Shown here in pieces: positions 1 through 10,443 of a DNA stretch of 58,378 nucleotides. Under the pieces are notes generated by a model. That model saw nothing but the letters and a program-made list of their open reading frames with translations, ran no database searches and was not told the DNA's origin. Source of the stretch: an uncultured Planctomycetia bacterium (GTDB lineage Bacteria > Omnitrophota > Gorgyraeia > 2-02-FULL-51-18); the NCBI GenBank assembly GCA_964374005.1, contig CAYJXB010000001.1:1-58378 (forward strand), in the 5' to 3' direction. How positions within the stretch are numbered: position 1 is the first letter of the stretch; the number at the start of each line of letters is the position of its first letter. The position numbers were made by a program, and so were the translations under genes.

Positions 1-307
1 CCGTGATCGTGAGCCACGCCGGAATATGCATCCACACGGGCAGATGCCCCATAAAAGAAAGCGACAGAAAGCCGCTTAATATCAGCAGCTTATCGGCAAT
101 CGGGTCAATATAACTTCCCAGGATGGTTTTCTGACGTAATTTCCTCGCCAGATATCCGTCAACCCCGTCGGTCGCGCACGCCAGAAGAAAAACGGTTAAA
201 ATCAAAGGGTAGCAAAAATTCCGGTCGGGAGAATAATAGAAAAGCGAGCCGATGAAAACAGGCACCAACGTCATGCGAAGCACGCTCAGTTGATTGGCGA
301 TATTCAT
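1..307 (-). CDS. CDP-alcohol phosphatidyltransferase family protein (PgsA-like), C-terminal part cut by window edge
   Basis: Own minus-strand translation from ATG 307..305: MNIANQLSVLRMTLVPVF...CATDGVDGYLARKLRQKTILGSYIDPIADK, which carries the DGx2ARx8Gx3Dx3D motif. Absent from the ORF track because there is no stop codon inside the window. Confidence 0.7.
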   Translation of the reverse strand, partial: MNIANQLSVLRMTLVPVFIGSLFYYSPDRNFCYPLILTVFLLACATDGVDGYLARKLRQKTILGSYIDPIADKLLILSGFLSLSFMGHLPVWMHIPAWLTIT

Positions 308-310
308 CGC

Positions 311-856
311 TTATTTGACGGAACCGATGCGCTTGGGAGGCCACCATCTAAAAATGGCCTTGCCCAAAATATTTTTTTTCGGAATAAAACCCCAAAACCG
401 GCTGTCTGTGGAATTGGCGCTATTGTCACCCAGCACATAATAAGAGCCCTTGGGAACATGGATTTTCTCATTGGGTCCGCCAAACGGGTCATGATTGTAA
501 TAGTAGAAATTCCCGAAAGTTTCCGGATCGTTCAGGACTTTTCCGTTCACGTAAATCTTTCCGTCCTTGATCTCGACGACCTCGTCCTCAAGCGCGACCA
601 TTCTTTTGATGAAGTCTTTTTTGAGGTCGACCGGGTACTTGAACACGACGATGTCCCCGCGCTCGGGTGGTTTGAACCGGTAGATGAATTTATTCACGAA
701 CAACTTGTCCCCTTCCGCCAAGGTCGGCCGCATTGACCCGGAGGGGATCTTAAACGCTTGGACCACATACGTTCTGATAATCAGCGTGAGGATGAGTGCG
801 ATAAAAATCGACTGCCCCCACTCTTTGACCTCCCGTACTAAAGTTTCTTTTTTCAC
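311..856 (-). CDS. lepB: signal peptidase I
   Basis: S26 motifs PSGSMRPTL and GDNSANSTDSR. GTG start 856..854 lies at the edge of element F2a-1. Confidence 0.93.
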   Translation of the reverse strand: MKKETLVREVKEWGQSIFIALILTLIIRTYVVQAFKIPSGSMRPTLAEGDKLFVNKFIYRFKPPERGDIVVFKYPVDLKKDFIKRMVALEDEVVEIKDGKIYVNGKVLNDPETFGNFYYYNHDPFGGPNEKIHVPKGSYYVLGDNSANSTDSRFWGFIPKKNILGKAIFRWWPPKRIGSVK

Positions 857-942
857 CCCGTTAGAAATCTCCTTAATTTGCGATGCATTATATTATTATT
901 TCATGAACCCCGTTGAAATTATAATTTCTAACGGGGTGAATC
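856..942. repeat. F2a-1: palindromic element between lepA stop and lepB start
   Basis: CCCCGTTAGAAAT (from 856) and ATTTCTAACGGGG (924-936), plus an internal same-sense copy AACCCCGTTGAAAT (905-919). TCA at 853-855 and 943-945. Confidence 0.85.
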
Positions 943-2742
943 TCATTCCGCCTTGAGAGCCGCCAAGAAGGCCTCTTGGGGGATCTCCACTTTCCCGAAT
1001 TGTTTCATTCTTTTTTTTCCTTCTTTCTGTTTTTCCCAGAGCTTGCGCTTGCGCGTGATGTCGCCGCCGTAGCATTTACCGGTCACATTTTTCCCCAACG
1101 GTTTCACGGATTCCCGCGCGATGACTTTCCCACCGATGGCCGCTTGGATCACGACTTCGAATAGTTGCCTTGGAATCAGCTCTTTTAATTTCTCACACAG
1201 TGCCCGGCCCTTGGCTTGAGCTTTTTCGCGATGGACGACCGAACTGAAAGAATCACAGATTTCAGCGTTGATCAAGATGTCCAGCTTCACGAGATCGCTT
1301 TCCCGATGGCCTTTTAGCTCGTAATCCAGCGAGCCATACCCTTTTGAAATTGACTTAACGCGGTCGTAAAAGTCAACAATGATCTCGGATAACGGGAAAT
1401 CATAAATCACTTTGACCCGCTCCTCACTGATGTACTCCGTGGCCTTGTAGACGCCGCGGCGTTGTTCACAGAGTTCGAGGACCGCCCCCAGGCTGCTCGA
1501 GGGGGTCATGATCGTGGCGTCCACGAACGGCTCCAAGATCGCGGCGATCTGGCTGGGATTGGGCATCTTGGACGGGTTCTCGATCTCAACGAGCTCACCG
1601 CTGTTTTTCTTTATTTGATAGACGACGCTTGGCGTCGTGATCACAAGATTCAAATCGTATTCGCGCTCAAGCCGTTCCTGGACGATTTCCATGTGGAGCA
1701 ACCCCAGAAAACCGCAGCGGAAACCGAACCCCGTCGAGGCCGAACTCTCCACCTCATAAACAAAAGAGGCGTCACTTAATTGCAGCTTTTCCATCGCATC
1801 TTTAAGCGCCTGGAAGTCTTTCGAATTCACCGGGTAAATTCCCGCAAACACCAGCGGGCGGATCTTTTTATAACCAGGCAATGAAAGTGCGCAAGGGTTT
1901 TCCGCGTCCGTGATCGTGTCGCCGTTTTCCACCTCTTTTGCGGAGCGGATGTTGCAGGTAATATAACCGACCTCCCCGCAGGATAAAGAAGCGCATTCGA
2001 CCGGTTTCGGGCGTAAAACGCCTACTTCCATGACGTCAAACGTGAGGCCGCTTCCCATCATTTTAATCTTCATGCCGCGCCGCAAAACCCCGTTAAAAAG
2101 ACGCACATAGACGATCACGCCTTTGTAGATGTCAAAGTTCGAGTCAAAGATGAGGGCTTGAAGGGGTTTTTTCGGATCCCCCTTCGGCGGCGGGATATTT
2201 GTCACGATTCGTTCAAGGAGTTCGCCGATACCAATGCCCATTTTAGCGGAGGCCAAGATGATTTCTTTTTCTTCGATCCCGAGGATGTGGTGGATCTGTT
2301 TTTTGACCTTGTCGGGTTCGGCCGTGCCCAAATCAATTTTATTGACGACCGGAATGATCTCGAGGTTGTGTTCCATCGCCAGATACAGGTTCGCGACGGT
2401 CTGCGCCTCCACCCCCTGGCTGGCGTCCACGAGGAGAACCGCCCCTTCGCAGGCGCGCAAGCTCTTCGACACCTCATAAGTAAAATCCACGTGTCCCGGC
2501 GTATCGATGAGGTTTAAAGTAAATTCCTCCCCCGTTTTTCGCCGGTAGAGTATCTTGACAGCGGAGGCCTTGATCGTGATGCCGCGCTCTTGCTCCAGGT
2601 CCATGTCATCCAGCATTTGGTTATGAAAAGTGCGGCTGTCGATGGCGCCGACGAATTCCAGGATCCGGTCCGCGAGGGTGGATTTCCCATGATCGATATG
2701 AGCGATGATTGAGAAGTTTCTTATGTGCGATTGTTGATTCAT
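943..2742 (-). CDS. lepA: translation elongation factor 4 (LepA)
   Basis: 599 aa. GTPase N-terminus [32 protein letters not shown]. LepA-type C-terminus. Sits next to lepB. Confidence 0.97.
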   Translation of the reverse strand: MNQQSHIRNFSIIAHIDHGKSTLADRILEFVGAIDSRTFHNQMLDDMDLEQERGITIKASAVKILYRRKTGEEFTLNLIDTPGHVDFTYEVSKSLRACEGAVLLVDASQGVEAQTVANLYLAMEHNLEIIPVVNKIDLGTAEPDKVKKQIHHILGIEEKEIILASAKMGIGIGELLERIVTNIPPPKGDPKKPLQALIFDSNFDIYKGVIVYVRLFNGVLRRGMKIKMMGSGLTFDVMEVGVLRPKPVECASLSCGEVGYITCNIRSAKEVENGDTITDAENPCALSLPGYKKIRPLVFAGIYPVNSKDFQALKDAMEKLQLSDASFVYEVESSASTGFGFRCGFLGLLHMEIVQERLEREYDLNLVITTPSVVYQIKKNSGELVEIENPSKMPNPSQIAAILEPFVDATIMTPSSSLGAVLELCEQRRGVYKATEYISEERVKVIYDFPLSEIIVDFYDRVKSISKGYGSLDYELKGHRESDLVKLDILINAEICDSFSSVVHREKAQAKGRALCEKLKELIPRQLFEVVIQAAIGGKVIARESVKPLGKNVTGKCYGGDITRKRKLWEKQKEGKKRMKQFGKVEIPQEAFLAALKAE

Positions 2743-2750
2743 TTCTTCGG

Positions 2751-4193
2751 TCAGCTTAAGGGGGCCGAAGGCGCAAGACCAAAGGCGAGCTCTTTGCCTC
2801 CTTTGACCAACGCCTCAGCGAGTGCGAGCGAAGTGGCCTCGGAGTAGATTCTTAAAACGGGCTCGGTTCCGGAAAGCCGGAAAAGAAGCCAACTGTCGTC
2901 TTCCAATATGAATTTCATCCCATCCTGGTTTTTGATGTCCTTTATGTTCTGTTTCTCCAGTTCCCCTGGAGGGTTCTGGGACAATGTTTGGAAAAGTTTT
3001 GATTTGAGCTCATTCGGATAATTGACATCGCTGCGGACATAATAAAGTTTCCCAAACTCTTTTTCCACCCCACTCAAAATTTCTTCAAAACTTTCCCCGC
3101 GCATCGCCATCATCTCCATCACCAAAAGCCCGGAGAGAAGTCCGTCCCGTTCGTACAGGTAATCCTGGAAACCGATGCCGCCCGATTCCTCCCCGCCGAT
3201 CAACACGTTCTCGCGGCGCATGATTTCGCAGATGTATTTGAATCCTATCGGAGTCTCATGGATCTTGAGACCCAATTTGCGCGCGACCTTATAGATCAAG
3301 ACCGTGTTGGAGATCGTCGTGACAACGCTCCCTTTTCTTTTCAGGTCCTCCACAAAATGAATCATGATGAGCGACAGGAGAATTCCCGGAGAAATAAATT
3401 CCCCGCCCGGGCGAATGGCTCCGATACGGTCCGCGTCCCCATCGGTCACAATGCCCAGATCAAAGCCGCCCTTCTTCATCAGCTCAGTGGATCGCGCGAT
3501 GTTTTTAGGAATAGGCTCGGGGTTGATTCCCTCAAACGTGATATCCCGCTCGCTGCGGATCGTCGTCACTTTGATCTTTCCGCCTGAAAGTATCTCTTCG
3601 ATGTGTTTGGCGCCTGTGCCGTGCATGGAATCTACTAAAATATGATAAGGCGCCTGTTTGATCCGGTCCAATCGCAGGTATTTTTTTAAAAACGCGATGT
3701 ATTTTTCACTTAAGTTCACGATCTTGAGCTCAGAAGAGGAGGATTTTTTTTGAACGGGGTTCTTACCGATCAGCTTTTCAATTCCATCGGTGATGTTCTT
3801 ATCGGCGGAACCCCCGAAATCCGTTTTAATCTTGATCCCGTTGTAATCCGGAGAATTATGGCTTGCCGTCACGACAATTCCCGAGTCACATTTTTCATGA
3901 ACGATCGTGAAACTGACCGCCGGCGTCGGGCAAGCTTGATCCGCGAGAATGACTTGAAGACCGTTCGCGATCAGGATCTCTGAAATAGCCTTCGCGAAGT
4001 TTTCCGAATTTTTTCGGGTGTCATAACCGACGACCACTTTTGGCGAGCGTCTCTCGGGCCGCTTTTTAAATTCTTGATGGAGGTAATCACTAAACGCCTG
4101 GGCGACAAGCTCCACATTCGGGAATGTGAACTCCTTATTCATGATCGCCCGCCAACCGTCGGTGCCGAATTTGATAGTCGTTACCCCTGACAT
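2751..4193 (-). CDS. phosphoglucomutase/phosphomannomutase family protein
   Basis: FGTDGWRA N-terminus, active-site loop [11 protein letters not shown], metal site DGDADR. Confidence 0.9.
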   Translation of the reverse strand: MSGVTTIKFGTDGWRAIMNKEFTFPNVELVAQAFSDYLHQEFKKRPERRSPKVVVGYDTRKNSENFAKAISEILIANGLQVILADQACPTPAVSFTIVHEKCDSGIVVTASHNSPDYNGIKIKTDFGGSADKNITDGIEKLIGKNPVQKKSSSSELKIVNLSEKYIAFLKKYLRLDRIKQAPYHILVDSMHGTGAKHIEEILSGGKIKVTTIRSERDITFEGINPEPIPKNIARSTELMKKGGFDLGIVTDGDADRIGAIRPGGEFISPGILLSLIMIHFVEDLKRKGSVVTTISNTVLIYKVARKLGLKIHETPIGFKYICEIMRRENVLIGGEESGGIGFQDYLYERDGLLSGLLVMEMMAMRGESFEEILSGVEKEFGKLYYVRSDVNYPNELKSKLFQTLSQNPPGELEKQNIKDIKNQDGMKFILEDDSWLLFRLSGTEPVLRIYSEATSLALAEALVKGGKELAFGLAPSAPLS

Positions 4194-4840
4194 CGCAAAT
4201 CCTCTATGGCTTTTCTGACATCCGCCTTGCCAAAAATAGCCGTTCCCGCCACCAAAATATTGGCGCCCGCCTTTACCGCCTCTTTTGAGGTTTCTTTATT
4301 GATACCGCCGTCCACTTCGATGTCCCTGTCAAAGCGGCTCCGAAGTTCCTGGATTTTCGTCAAGACTTCCGGCATAAACGCCTGCCCTCCAAAACCTGGA
4401 TTGACCGTCATCAACAGCACCAGGTCCACGTCTTTTAAGTGATCCTCAATCCGGGTCAAAGGCGTTGCCGGTTTTAGCGAGACTCCGCAGGTAATGGCGT
4501 GAGAATGAATGATTTCGATGCATTCTCCGAGGTTTCCATGGCAGGCTTCGGCATGAATCGTGATATGATCGGCCCCGGCTTGGGCAAAACTTTCAATGCT
4601 GCGTTCGGGCCTTTCAATCATGAGATGGACGTCCAGAGGGAGCTTGGTGATACGACGAATGGCTTTGACGATGAAGGACCCCACCGTGAGGTTGGGGACA
4701 AAATGGCCGTCCATCACGTCAATGTGAAGCCAATCGCAGCCCGCCTTTTCCACTGTCTCAATTTCGGACGCCAAATGCGTAAAATCGGCGGCTAACAAGG
4801 ACGGCGCAATTTTGATTGGTCGATTCATGCTTGAGATCAA
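4181..4840 (-). CDS. rpe: ribulose-phosphate 3-epimerase
   Basis: IAPSLLAADF, HIDVMDGHFVPN, MTVNPGFGGQ. Confidence 0.93.
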   Translation of the reverse strand: MISSMNRPIKIAPSLLAADFTHLASEIETVEKAGCDWLHIDVMDGHFVPNLTVGSFIVKAIRRITKLPLDVHLMIERPERSIESFAQAGADHITIHAEACHGNLGECIEIIHSHAITCGVSLKPATPLTRIEDHLKDVDLVLLMTVNPGFGGQAFMPEVLTKIQELRSRFDRDIEVDGGINKETSKEAVKAGANILVAGTAIFGKADVRKAIEDLRCQG

Positions 4841-5553
4841 CCCTCCCCTTCTTTTACTAAGTGCTTACCGCAGACCTGATGATATTCAAGAGAGGCTGAA
4901 TGATAAACAAAAAAAGCGATCAAAATAAGCATCCAATGCCTCTTCCATAACCCTATGAGAACAAATAGTATAGCAAAAATATATCCTAAATAAACAGAAA
5001 TTCGCGTCGCTTGGACAAAATTCATCCGGTGCGCCAATAAGGATCTTAAGATTCTTCCCCCATCCATGGGAAAAGCGGGCGCAAGGTTGAAGATCCCGAG
5101 GATGATATTTGCCCAAAAAAGATTGGTGAACGTTTGAGGCCATGACTCTAGGGAAGGGGCGAAGAGATTTTCTTTTCCGAATAGAAAATAGAACGGGACC
5201 AGAAGCATTAGCGCCAACGCGAAATTGAATAGCGGCCCTACAACGGAAATGGCTAATTCCAGCCGGGGATTTCGGGGAATACGCTGCATGTTCGCCACGC
5301 CCCCAATCGCGTAAAGCGTAATATCGGCGACGTGGATTCCGTAGCTCTTCGCTTTTAAGCTATGGGAAAATTCATGAGCCAGCACGCAGGCAAATACCAT
5401 GAATACCAAGGTGACGGCCCGTAGTCCGGTCCAAGGCCCGTAGGCATGGGTGTACAGAAAACCAATGGCGATCGGGAGAATAAAAAAGCTAAAATGGATT
5501 TTAACGTCGATTCCGAAAAGCCGGAACAGTCGAAATGCGGCTTTTGGATTCAA
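4837..5553 (-). CDS. M50 family (site-2 protease-like) membrane metalloprotease
   Basis: HEFSHSL zinc motif inside a polytopic hydrophobic protein. Second motif region FNLAPAFPMDGG. Confidence 0.8.
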   Translation of the reverse strand: MNPKAAFRLFRLFGIDVKIHFSFFILPIAIGFLYTHAYGPWTGLRAVTLVFMVFACVLAHEFSHSLKAKSYGIHVADITLYAIGGVANMQRIPRNPRLELAISVVGPLFNFALALMLLVPFYFLFGKENLFAPSLESWPQTFTNLFWANIILGIFNLAPAFPMDGGRILRSLLAHRMNFVQATRISVYLGYIFAILFVLIGLWKRHWMLILIAFFVYHSASLEYHQVCGKHLVKEGEG

Positions 5554-6851
5554 TGGGAAAACGTGAGGATCTTACGGAGATCATTTTCCAGTTCGTTGAT
5601 CTTCGGGCCGATCGCGGCCAGGTGCAAGGATTCGGACTTGAATATCATCTTCGCGACGCGCCGGAGATCCGGCGCCGTTATTTTGCTCACTTGTTGAATG
5701 ATTTCTTGAAGGGTTTTGCACCGGTTGATTGAGACGACGTTCTCCCCCACCCAAAGCATGCGGTTCATGCTGCTCTCGAGGCCGAGCTCGAGCTGCCCGA
5801 CGTAAAATTCCTTTGTTCTTTCCAGCTCTTTCGGCGGCACAAGCTCTTGGCAGGTTTTCGCCAGTTCCGTCAAGATGACGCGGAGCGCTTCTTTCACTTT
5901 ATTATTATCAACACCGGCGGAGACGATAAAGGCGCCTGTTTCGTGATACTGCTTTTCGGAAGAGCCGATTTCATAGGCGAGCCCTCGTTCCTCCCTCACC
6001 TCATTAAAAAGTCGTGAAGACATGTTGCCTCCAAGAAGAATGTTGAGCACATCCAAAACATACTGATCGGGGTGATTTTTTTTAAAAGCGGAAATGCCCA
6101 GCGCCAGATGTGTTTGCTCGACGGCTTTTGAATAGAGCCGGAGGCTGGGTTCGTTTTTCGGACGGCTGAATAAATCCACCGTTTTCGTCGTTTGCGGCCC
6201 TCTCGAAAGAAACCGAGATTGGGTGGCTTGCAAAAGCTGGCCTTGTGTCATGTCCCCGGCGGCCACGACGCTGATCCTATTCGGCGCATAAAAACGATTT
6301 CTAAACTTCGCCATGTCTTCGCGGGTAAGATTTCCAACGCTTTCGAGCGTCCCTGCGATGGGTCTCCCCAGCGCGTGCTTCGGCCATAAAATTTCGGATA
6401 AAAGCTCTTCCACGTATTGGGACGGCTGATCTTGGGTCATTTTTATTTCTTCCATCACGACCGTCCGCTCTTTCCGAATATCGTCTTCATTCAAAGAAGC
6501 GTCCAGCACCATGTCCGAGAGCACGTCAAAGACCTCTTCGAAATGGCGTCGGGTGGTTTTCGCCAAAAAGCAGGTGTACTCTTCTCCGGTGAATGCGTTG
6601 AGACTGCCTCCGACGCCCTCCACCGCTTCCTTGATTTGTTTGGCGGTACGTCTGGAAGTTCCTTTGAATACCAAATGCTCTAAAAAATGAGAAATTCCGC
6701 TGATCCGCGGCTCCTCGTCCCTACCCCCTACCTGAACCCATAGGCCGATCGAAATCGAAGCTCTCCCCTTCATGGGCGCGGCGACAACGCGTACGCCATT
6801 GGCGAGCTTGACAATCTCAGGGTTCATCGGATGATTTCCTTTTTGATTCAA
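5550..6851 (-). CDS. M16 family zinc peptidase (pitrilysin-like)
   Basis: Inverted zinc motif HFLEHLVFKGT (HxxEH). 433 aa. The start may be the internal ATG at 6827. Confidence 0.85.
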   Translation of the reverse strand: MNQKGNHPMNPEIVKLANGVRVVAAPMKGRASISIGLWVQVGGRDEEPRISGISHFLEHLVFKGTSRRTAKQIKEAVEGVGGSLNAFTGEEYTCFLAKTTRRHFEEVFDVLSDMVLDASLNEDDIRKERTVVMEEIKMTQDQPSQYVEELLSEILWPKHALGRPIAGTLESVGNLTREDMAKFRNRFYAPNRISVVAAGDMTQGQLLQATQSRFLSRGPQTTKTVDLFSRPKNEPSLRLYSKAVEQTHLALGISAFKKNHPDQYVLDVLNILLGGNMSSRLFNEVREERGLAYEIGSSEKQYHETGAFIVSAGVDNNKVKEALRVILTELAKTCQELVPPKELERTKEFYVGQLELGLESSMNRMLWVGENVVSINRCKTLQEIIQQVSKITAPDLRRVAKMIFKSESLHLAAIGPKINELENDLRKILTFSH

Positions 6852-7245
6852 GATAATTTTGAAGTAAAATTGTCGCCGCGAGACGGTCGCCCTTTTCTTT
6901 CTGTTTTTTTCTCGAAAGACCCTCTTGGATCATTAAACGCCCCGCTTGACGGCTCGTCAAACGCTCGTCCCATGTCTTCACCGGTAAACGTAATTTTTCC
7001 TCCAGGGCCGGGACGAGTTGCAGTATTTCCTGCGCTTTCGGCCCCATGCTTCCGTTCATGTTGATCGGAAGGCCGATCACGATCTCTTGGATTTTATGTT
7101 CAGCGCAAATCTGAGACAAATCGCCTAACAGCTGTTCCCTGTTTTGAACTCGGAGCGTCTCGAGCCCCTGGGCTGTCAGCCCGAGAAGGTCTGAAACCGC
7201 CAGGCCTATTCTTTTTTCGCCAAAATCAATTCCGAGGATTCGCAT
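6817..7245 (-). CDS. ruvX: Holliday junction resolvase-like / pre-16S rRNA nuclease RuvX (YqgF)
   Basis: MRILGIDFGEKRIGLAVSD N-terminus. 142 aa. Confidence 0.9.
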   Translation of the reverse strand: MRILGIDFGEKRIGLAVSDLLGLTAQGLETLRVQNREQLLGDLSQICAEHKIQEIVIGLPINMNGSMGPKAQEILQLVPALEEKLRLPVKTWDERLTSRQAGRLMIQEGLSRKKQKEKGDRLAATILLQNYLESKRKSSDEP

Positions 7246-7249
7246 CGGA

Positions 7250-8302
7250 TTAATAGGGGACAGCGCCCTTTTTTTTCGAAAAAGGGCGCTGTCCCCTTTT
7301 TAAAATCAAGGCCGCTTCTTCCGAACGGCTTCGGTCGCAGATCAAAGTTCCCTGGCTTGTTTGGACCACCACGAGCTCCTGCGCTCCAAGAACCACTAAG
7401 GGTCTCTGATGGTAATTGACAAGAAGCGAGCGTTTTGTTTCTCGGTGGAAGGTTTGACCTTCAACAAAATTTTGGTTTCTGTCTTTGGAGGCCCTCTCCA
7501 AGAACATGCCCCAGCTCCCCATGTCGCACCAATCCATGCTCGTTTTCATCACAACGATATTATCCGCTTTCTCCAAGAGCGCGTAATCAATGGAGAGGTT
7601 GGGGAGATTTTTATAGCTATGGGCCGACCTACGGACCTCAAACCGGCGATAGACCCTCGACGCGAATTTTTGCATCGTGTCCAGAAAAACGCCGATTCTC
7701 CAAGTAAAAATTCCGGCATTCCACAAAAAATTACCCTGCCGAAGATAACGAGCCGCCAGACCAAAACCTGGTTTTTCCTTGAAACGCTTGACTTGATAGC
7801 CAAGCCCGGCGCTTTTGATTTTCCGGCCGCACTCAATGTATCCCAAGCCCATCGCCGGGAAAGTCGGCCGGATGCCGATCACGACGAGCGATCGGCTTTT
7901 TTGAGCAACCTCAATCGCGGCGCGCATCGTCTTTTTGAAAAGAACCTCATTTTTAATCAGATGATCCGCTGGAAAAAATGAAACGACTTCTTCCTTGCCG
8001 CACGCGTCGCTTAAGGCAAGACAGGAAAAGAGGATCGCGGAGGCGGTGTTGTTGCGGAAAGGTTCGACCAGGATATTGGAGGGCGCAAGGCGCGGAAGCT
8101 CCGCTTTGATAAGAGGGACATGCTCCTTGGTTGTGATCACATGGATTTTTTTTTGATCATAAACTTTCAAGAGCCGCCGGTAAGTTTTTTGCAAAAGAGA
8201 CGCCTTGCCGTCAAACTGGATACGGTATTTTGGAAATTGGCCGTGCGTGAGCGGCCAGAATCTCTCGCCTTGGCCGCCGGCCATGATGATTGCCTGTGCC
8301 AT
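7250..8302 (-). CDS. mannose-1-phosphate guanylyltransferase (nucleotidyltransferase family)
   Basis: IIMAGGQGERFWPLT sugar-nucleotidyltransferase N-terminus. 350 aa. Confidence 0.75.
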   Translation of the reverse strand: MAQAIIMAGGQGERFWPLTHGQFPKYRIQFDGKASLLQKTYRRLLKVYDQKKIHVITTKEHVPLIKAELPRLAPSNILVEPFRNNTASAILFSCLALSDACGKEEVVSFFPADHLIKNEVLFKKTMRAAIEVAQKSRSLVVIGIRPTFPAMGLGYIECGRKIKSAGLGYQVKRFKEKPGFGLAARYLRQGNFLWNAGIFTWRIGVFLDTMQKFASRVYRRFEVRRSAHSYKNLPNLSIDYALLEKADNIVVMKTSMDWCDMGSWGMFLERASKDRNQNFVEGQTFHRETKRSLLVNYHQRPLVVLGAQELVVVQTSQGTLICDRSRSEEAALILKRGQRPFSKKKGAVPY

Positions 8303-8303
8303 C

Positions 8304-9110
8304 TTATACCTTTACCTTTTTTCCTAACGCCTTTGCGAACGGGCGGATAAACTCTTTGGAAAATTTCGTCGCGCTGATCCCTGGGTGAGCCATGAGGGCG
8401 CGAACAACCACGCTTCCGATGATCACTCCGTCGGCCATTTGAGAAAGGGTCTTTGCCTGCGCCGGAGTGGAAACGCCGAAGCCCACGCAGACCGGAAGTC
8501 TCGTCTGACGGCGAATGGCCTTAAGATTACGGCGAACGTCCGACGCGAGGGTTTTCCTCGCCCCGGTGACGCCGGTCAACGAGACATAATAAACAAACCC
8601 ACGCGTGGCGCGGGTCACCTTCTTTTGTCTGGCGCGATCGCTTGTCGGGGCCAAAAGATAGATTAAATTGATTTTGTGGCATTCGAGGACAGGACTGATT
8701 TCCAGCCCCTCTTCCGGAGGCAGATCAGAAACGATCACGCCGTCCACTCCGGCGCGCGCTGCGTCTTTCGCAAAACGCTGAATCCCATAATGAAAAATCG
8801 GATTGAAATAGCTCATCAAAAGAATGGGGGCCTGGCTCTTTTTCCTTACGCGCGCCACTAATTTTATGATTTTCGCAAGGGTCGTTCCGTTTTTGAGCGC
8901 TCGTTGGGAAGATGCCTGAATGACGGGCCCGTCGGCAATCGGGTCGGAGAACGGGACACCCAATTCAACCAGATCCACGCCGTTTTTCTCAAAGGCAAGG
9001 ATCAGCGCCTCAGTTTTTTTAAGGCCGGGGTCACCCGCCGTAATAAAAACGACGAGTGCTTTTTTCTTTTCTCTTTTCAGAAACTCAAATTTTTTTTGAA
9101 TCCGGTTCAC
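8304..9110 (-). CDS. trpA: tryptophan synthase alpha chain
   Basis: FITAGDP, ELGVPFSDPIADGP. I place the start at GTG 9110..9108 (VNRIQKKFEFLK...), 7 nt after AGGAGG. The ORF-track extension to 9140 (MVGWKKGGGG) lies inside repeat F1-a. Confidence 0.93.
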   Translation of the reverse strand: MNRIQKKFEFLKREKKKALVVFITAGDPGLKKTEALILAFEKNGVDLVELGVPFSDPIADGPVIQASSQRALKNGTTLAKIIKLVARVRKKSQAPILLMSYFNPIFHYGIQRFAKDAARAGVDGVIVSDLPPEEGLEISPVLECHKINLIYLLAPTSDRARQKKVTRATRGFVYYVSLTGVTGARKTLASDVRRNLKAIRRQTRLPVCVGFGVSTPAQAKTLSQMADGVIIGSVVVRALMAHPGISATKFSKEFIRPFAKALGKKVKV

Positions 9111-9258
9111 CCCACCACCTCCTTTTTTCCACCCCACCACTTATTTTTTACGATTGCGAAGCAATCGGTTCGCTTCGCGAACAAAATAAGTGGTGGGGTA
9201 GAAAGATTCGCTACAAGCGAATCTAAAGATTCTTCGAATCTAAAAGGAGGTGGTGGGG
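9110..9258. repeat. F1-a: MITE-like palindromic element between trpB stop and trpA start (composite, contains a 67-bp core at 9132..9198)
   Basis: Arms CCCCACCACCTCCTTTT (9110-9126) and AAAAGGAGGTGGTGGGG (9242-9258), 17/17 complementary. TCA at 9107-9109 and 9259-9261. Internal hairpins CGATTGC/GCAATCG, GTTCGC/GCGAAC, AGATTCGC/GCGAATCT, AGATTC/GAATCT. Confidence 0.9.
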
Positions 9259-9261
9259 TCA

Positions 9262-10443
9262 TCATAAATTCAGCGCTTTAGACGCCTGATCCATGTCCTT
9301 GTCTCCGCGTCCGGATAGGCAGAGAACCAACGTGTCATTTTTCTTAAATTGATTTTTATGTTTCGCGAGATACCCGATCGCATGGGAAGGCTCGAGAGCC
9401 GGAATGATGCCTTCGAGCGTGCTCAGCATCCTGAAACCCTTCAACGCTTCTTGATCCGTGACCGAGACATAGCGGACGCGTTTGGTGGATTTCAAATAGG
9501 CGTGCTCAGGGCCCACGCCCGGGTAATCTAACCCCGCCGAAATAGAATGTGCCAACAGAATCTGCCCGTCGGCGTCCTGCAACGCCTCGCTCTTGGATCC
9601 GTGAAGCACCGCGATTTGTCCCGAACTTAGGCTTGCCGCGTGTTTTCCGGTTTTGATCCCGAGCCCAGCCGCTTCGACGCCGATCATTTTTACGCGGGTG
9701 CCTAGATACGGATGAAAAAGCCCGAGGCTATTGGAACCCCCGCCGACGCAGGCCAAAAGATAATCGGGATCCTTTCGCCGAAGTTTTTTAAATTGGGATC
9801 GGGTCTCTTTTCCGATCACCGACTGAAAATCCCTCACCATCATCGGAAAAGGATGCGGCCCGATCACGGAGCCGATAATGTAGTGCGTGTCGCGCACGTG
9901 GGTCACCCAGTCGCGCAGCGCTTCATTGACCGCGTCTTTTAAAGTTTGAGAGCCCGTTTTGACCGGGATCACGCGCGCGCCTAAAAGTTTCATGCGAAAT
10001 ACATTGACCGCTTGCCGCTGAATATCCTCCTGCCCCATGTAAATATCACACGGAATCCCAAACAGGGCGCAAACGGTGGCCGTTGCCACGCCGTGTTGCC
10101 CGGCGCCGGTCTCGGCGATCACTCTCTTTTTTTTCATCCGCAGCGTCAGCAATACCTGGCCAAGCGTATTATTGATTTTATGAGCGCCCGTATGCAACAG
10201 GTCTTCTCTTTTTAAAAAAATTGTCTTGACGCCAATCGCTTTTGCCAATCGTTTGGCATCGGTGAGAGGCGTGGGTCTTCCCGCAAATTCTTTTAGATAA
10301 TAATTTAGTTCGTTCTTAAATCGACGGTCATTTCTGGCCTTCCGGTAGACGCCTTCAAGCTCTTCGAGAGCTGTCATCAACGTCTCGGGAACATAGCGGC
10401 CTCCGTAAGGGCCAAAATGGCCCCGGGTGTCAGGTTTTGGCAT
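9262..10443 (-). CDS. trpB: tryptophan synthase beta chain
   Basis: [19 protein letters not shown]-lysine region [17 protein letters not shown]. Confidence 0.97.
   Translation of the reverse strand: MPKPDTRGHFGPYGGRYVPETLMTALEELEGVYRKARNDRRFKNELNYYLKEFAGRPTPLTDAKRLAKAIGVKTIFLKREDLLHTGAHKINNTLGQVLLTLRMKKKRVIAETGAGQHGVATATVCALFGIPCDIYMGQEDIQRQAVNVFRMKLLGARVIPVKTGSQTLKDAVNEALRDWVTHVRDTHYIIGSVIGPHPFPMMVRDFQSVIGKETRSQFKKLRRKDPDYLLACVGGGSNSLGLFHPYLGTRVKMIGVEAAGLGIKTGKHAASLSSGQIAVLHGSKSEALQDADGQILLAHSISAGLDYPGVGPEHAYLKSTKRVRYVSVTDQEALKGFRMLSTLEGIIPALEPSHAIGYLAKHKNQFKKNDTLVLCLSGRGDKDMDQASKALNL

Noticed and set aside
9110-9126. Is the CACCTCCTTT arm a fragment of a 16S rRNA gene?
   Set aside because: Only about 10 nt match the conserved 16S 3' tail, and the flanking sequence (CCCCAC..., TTTT) is not rRNA-like. 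I treat it as mimicry or convergence, not an rRNA remnant.
9246-9258. GGAGGTGGTGGGG as a two-tetrad G-quadruplex (GG-N-GG-N-GG-N-GG) at the RBS
   Set aside because: The motif formally fits. However, every copy has a perfectly complementary C-rich partner with matched substitutions, so a duplex stem explains the conservation better. Two-tetrad quadruplexes with 1-nt loops are marginal. It stays only as an untested alternative.
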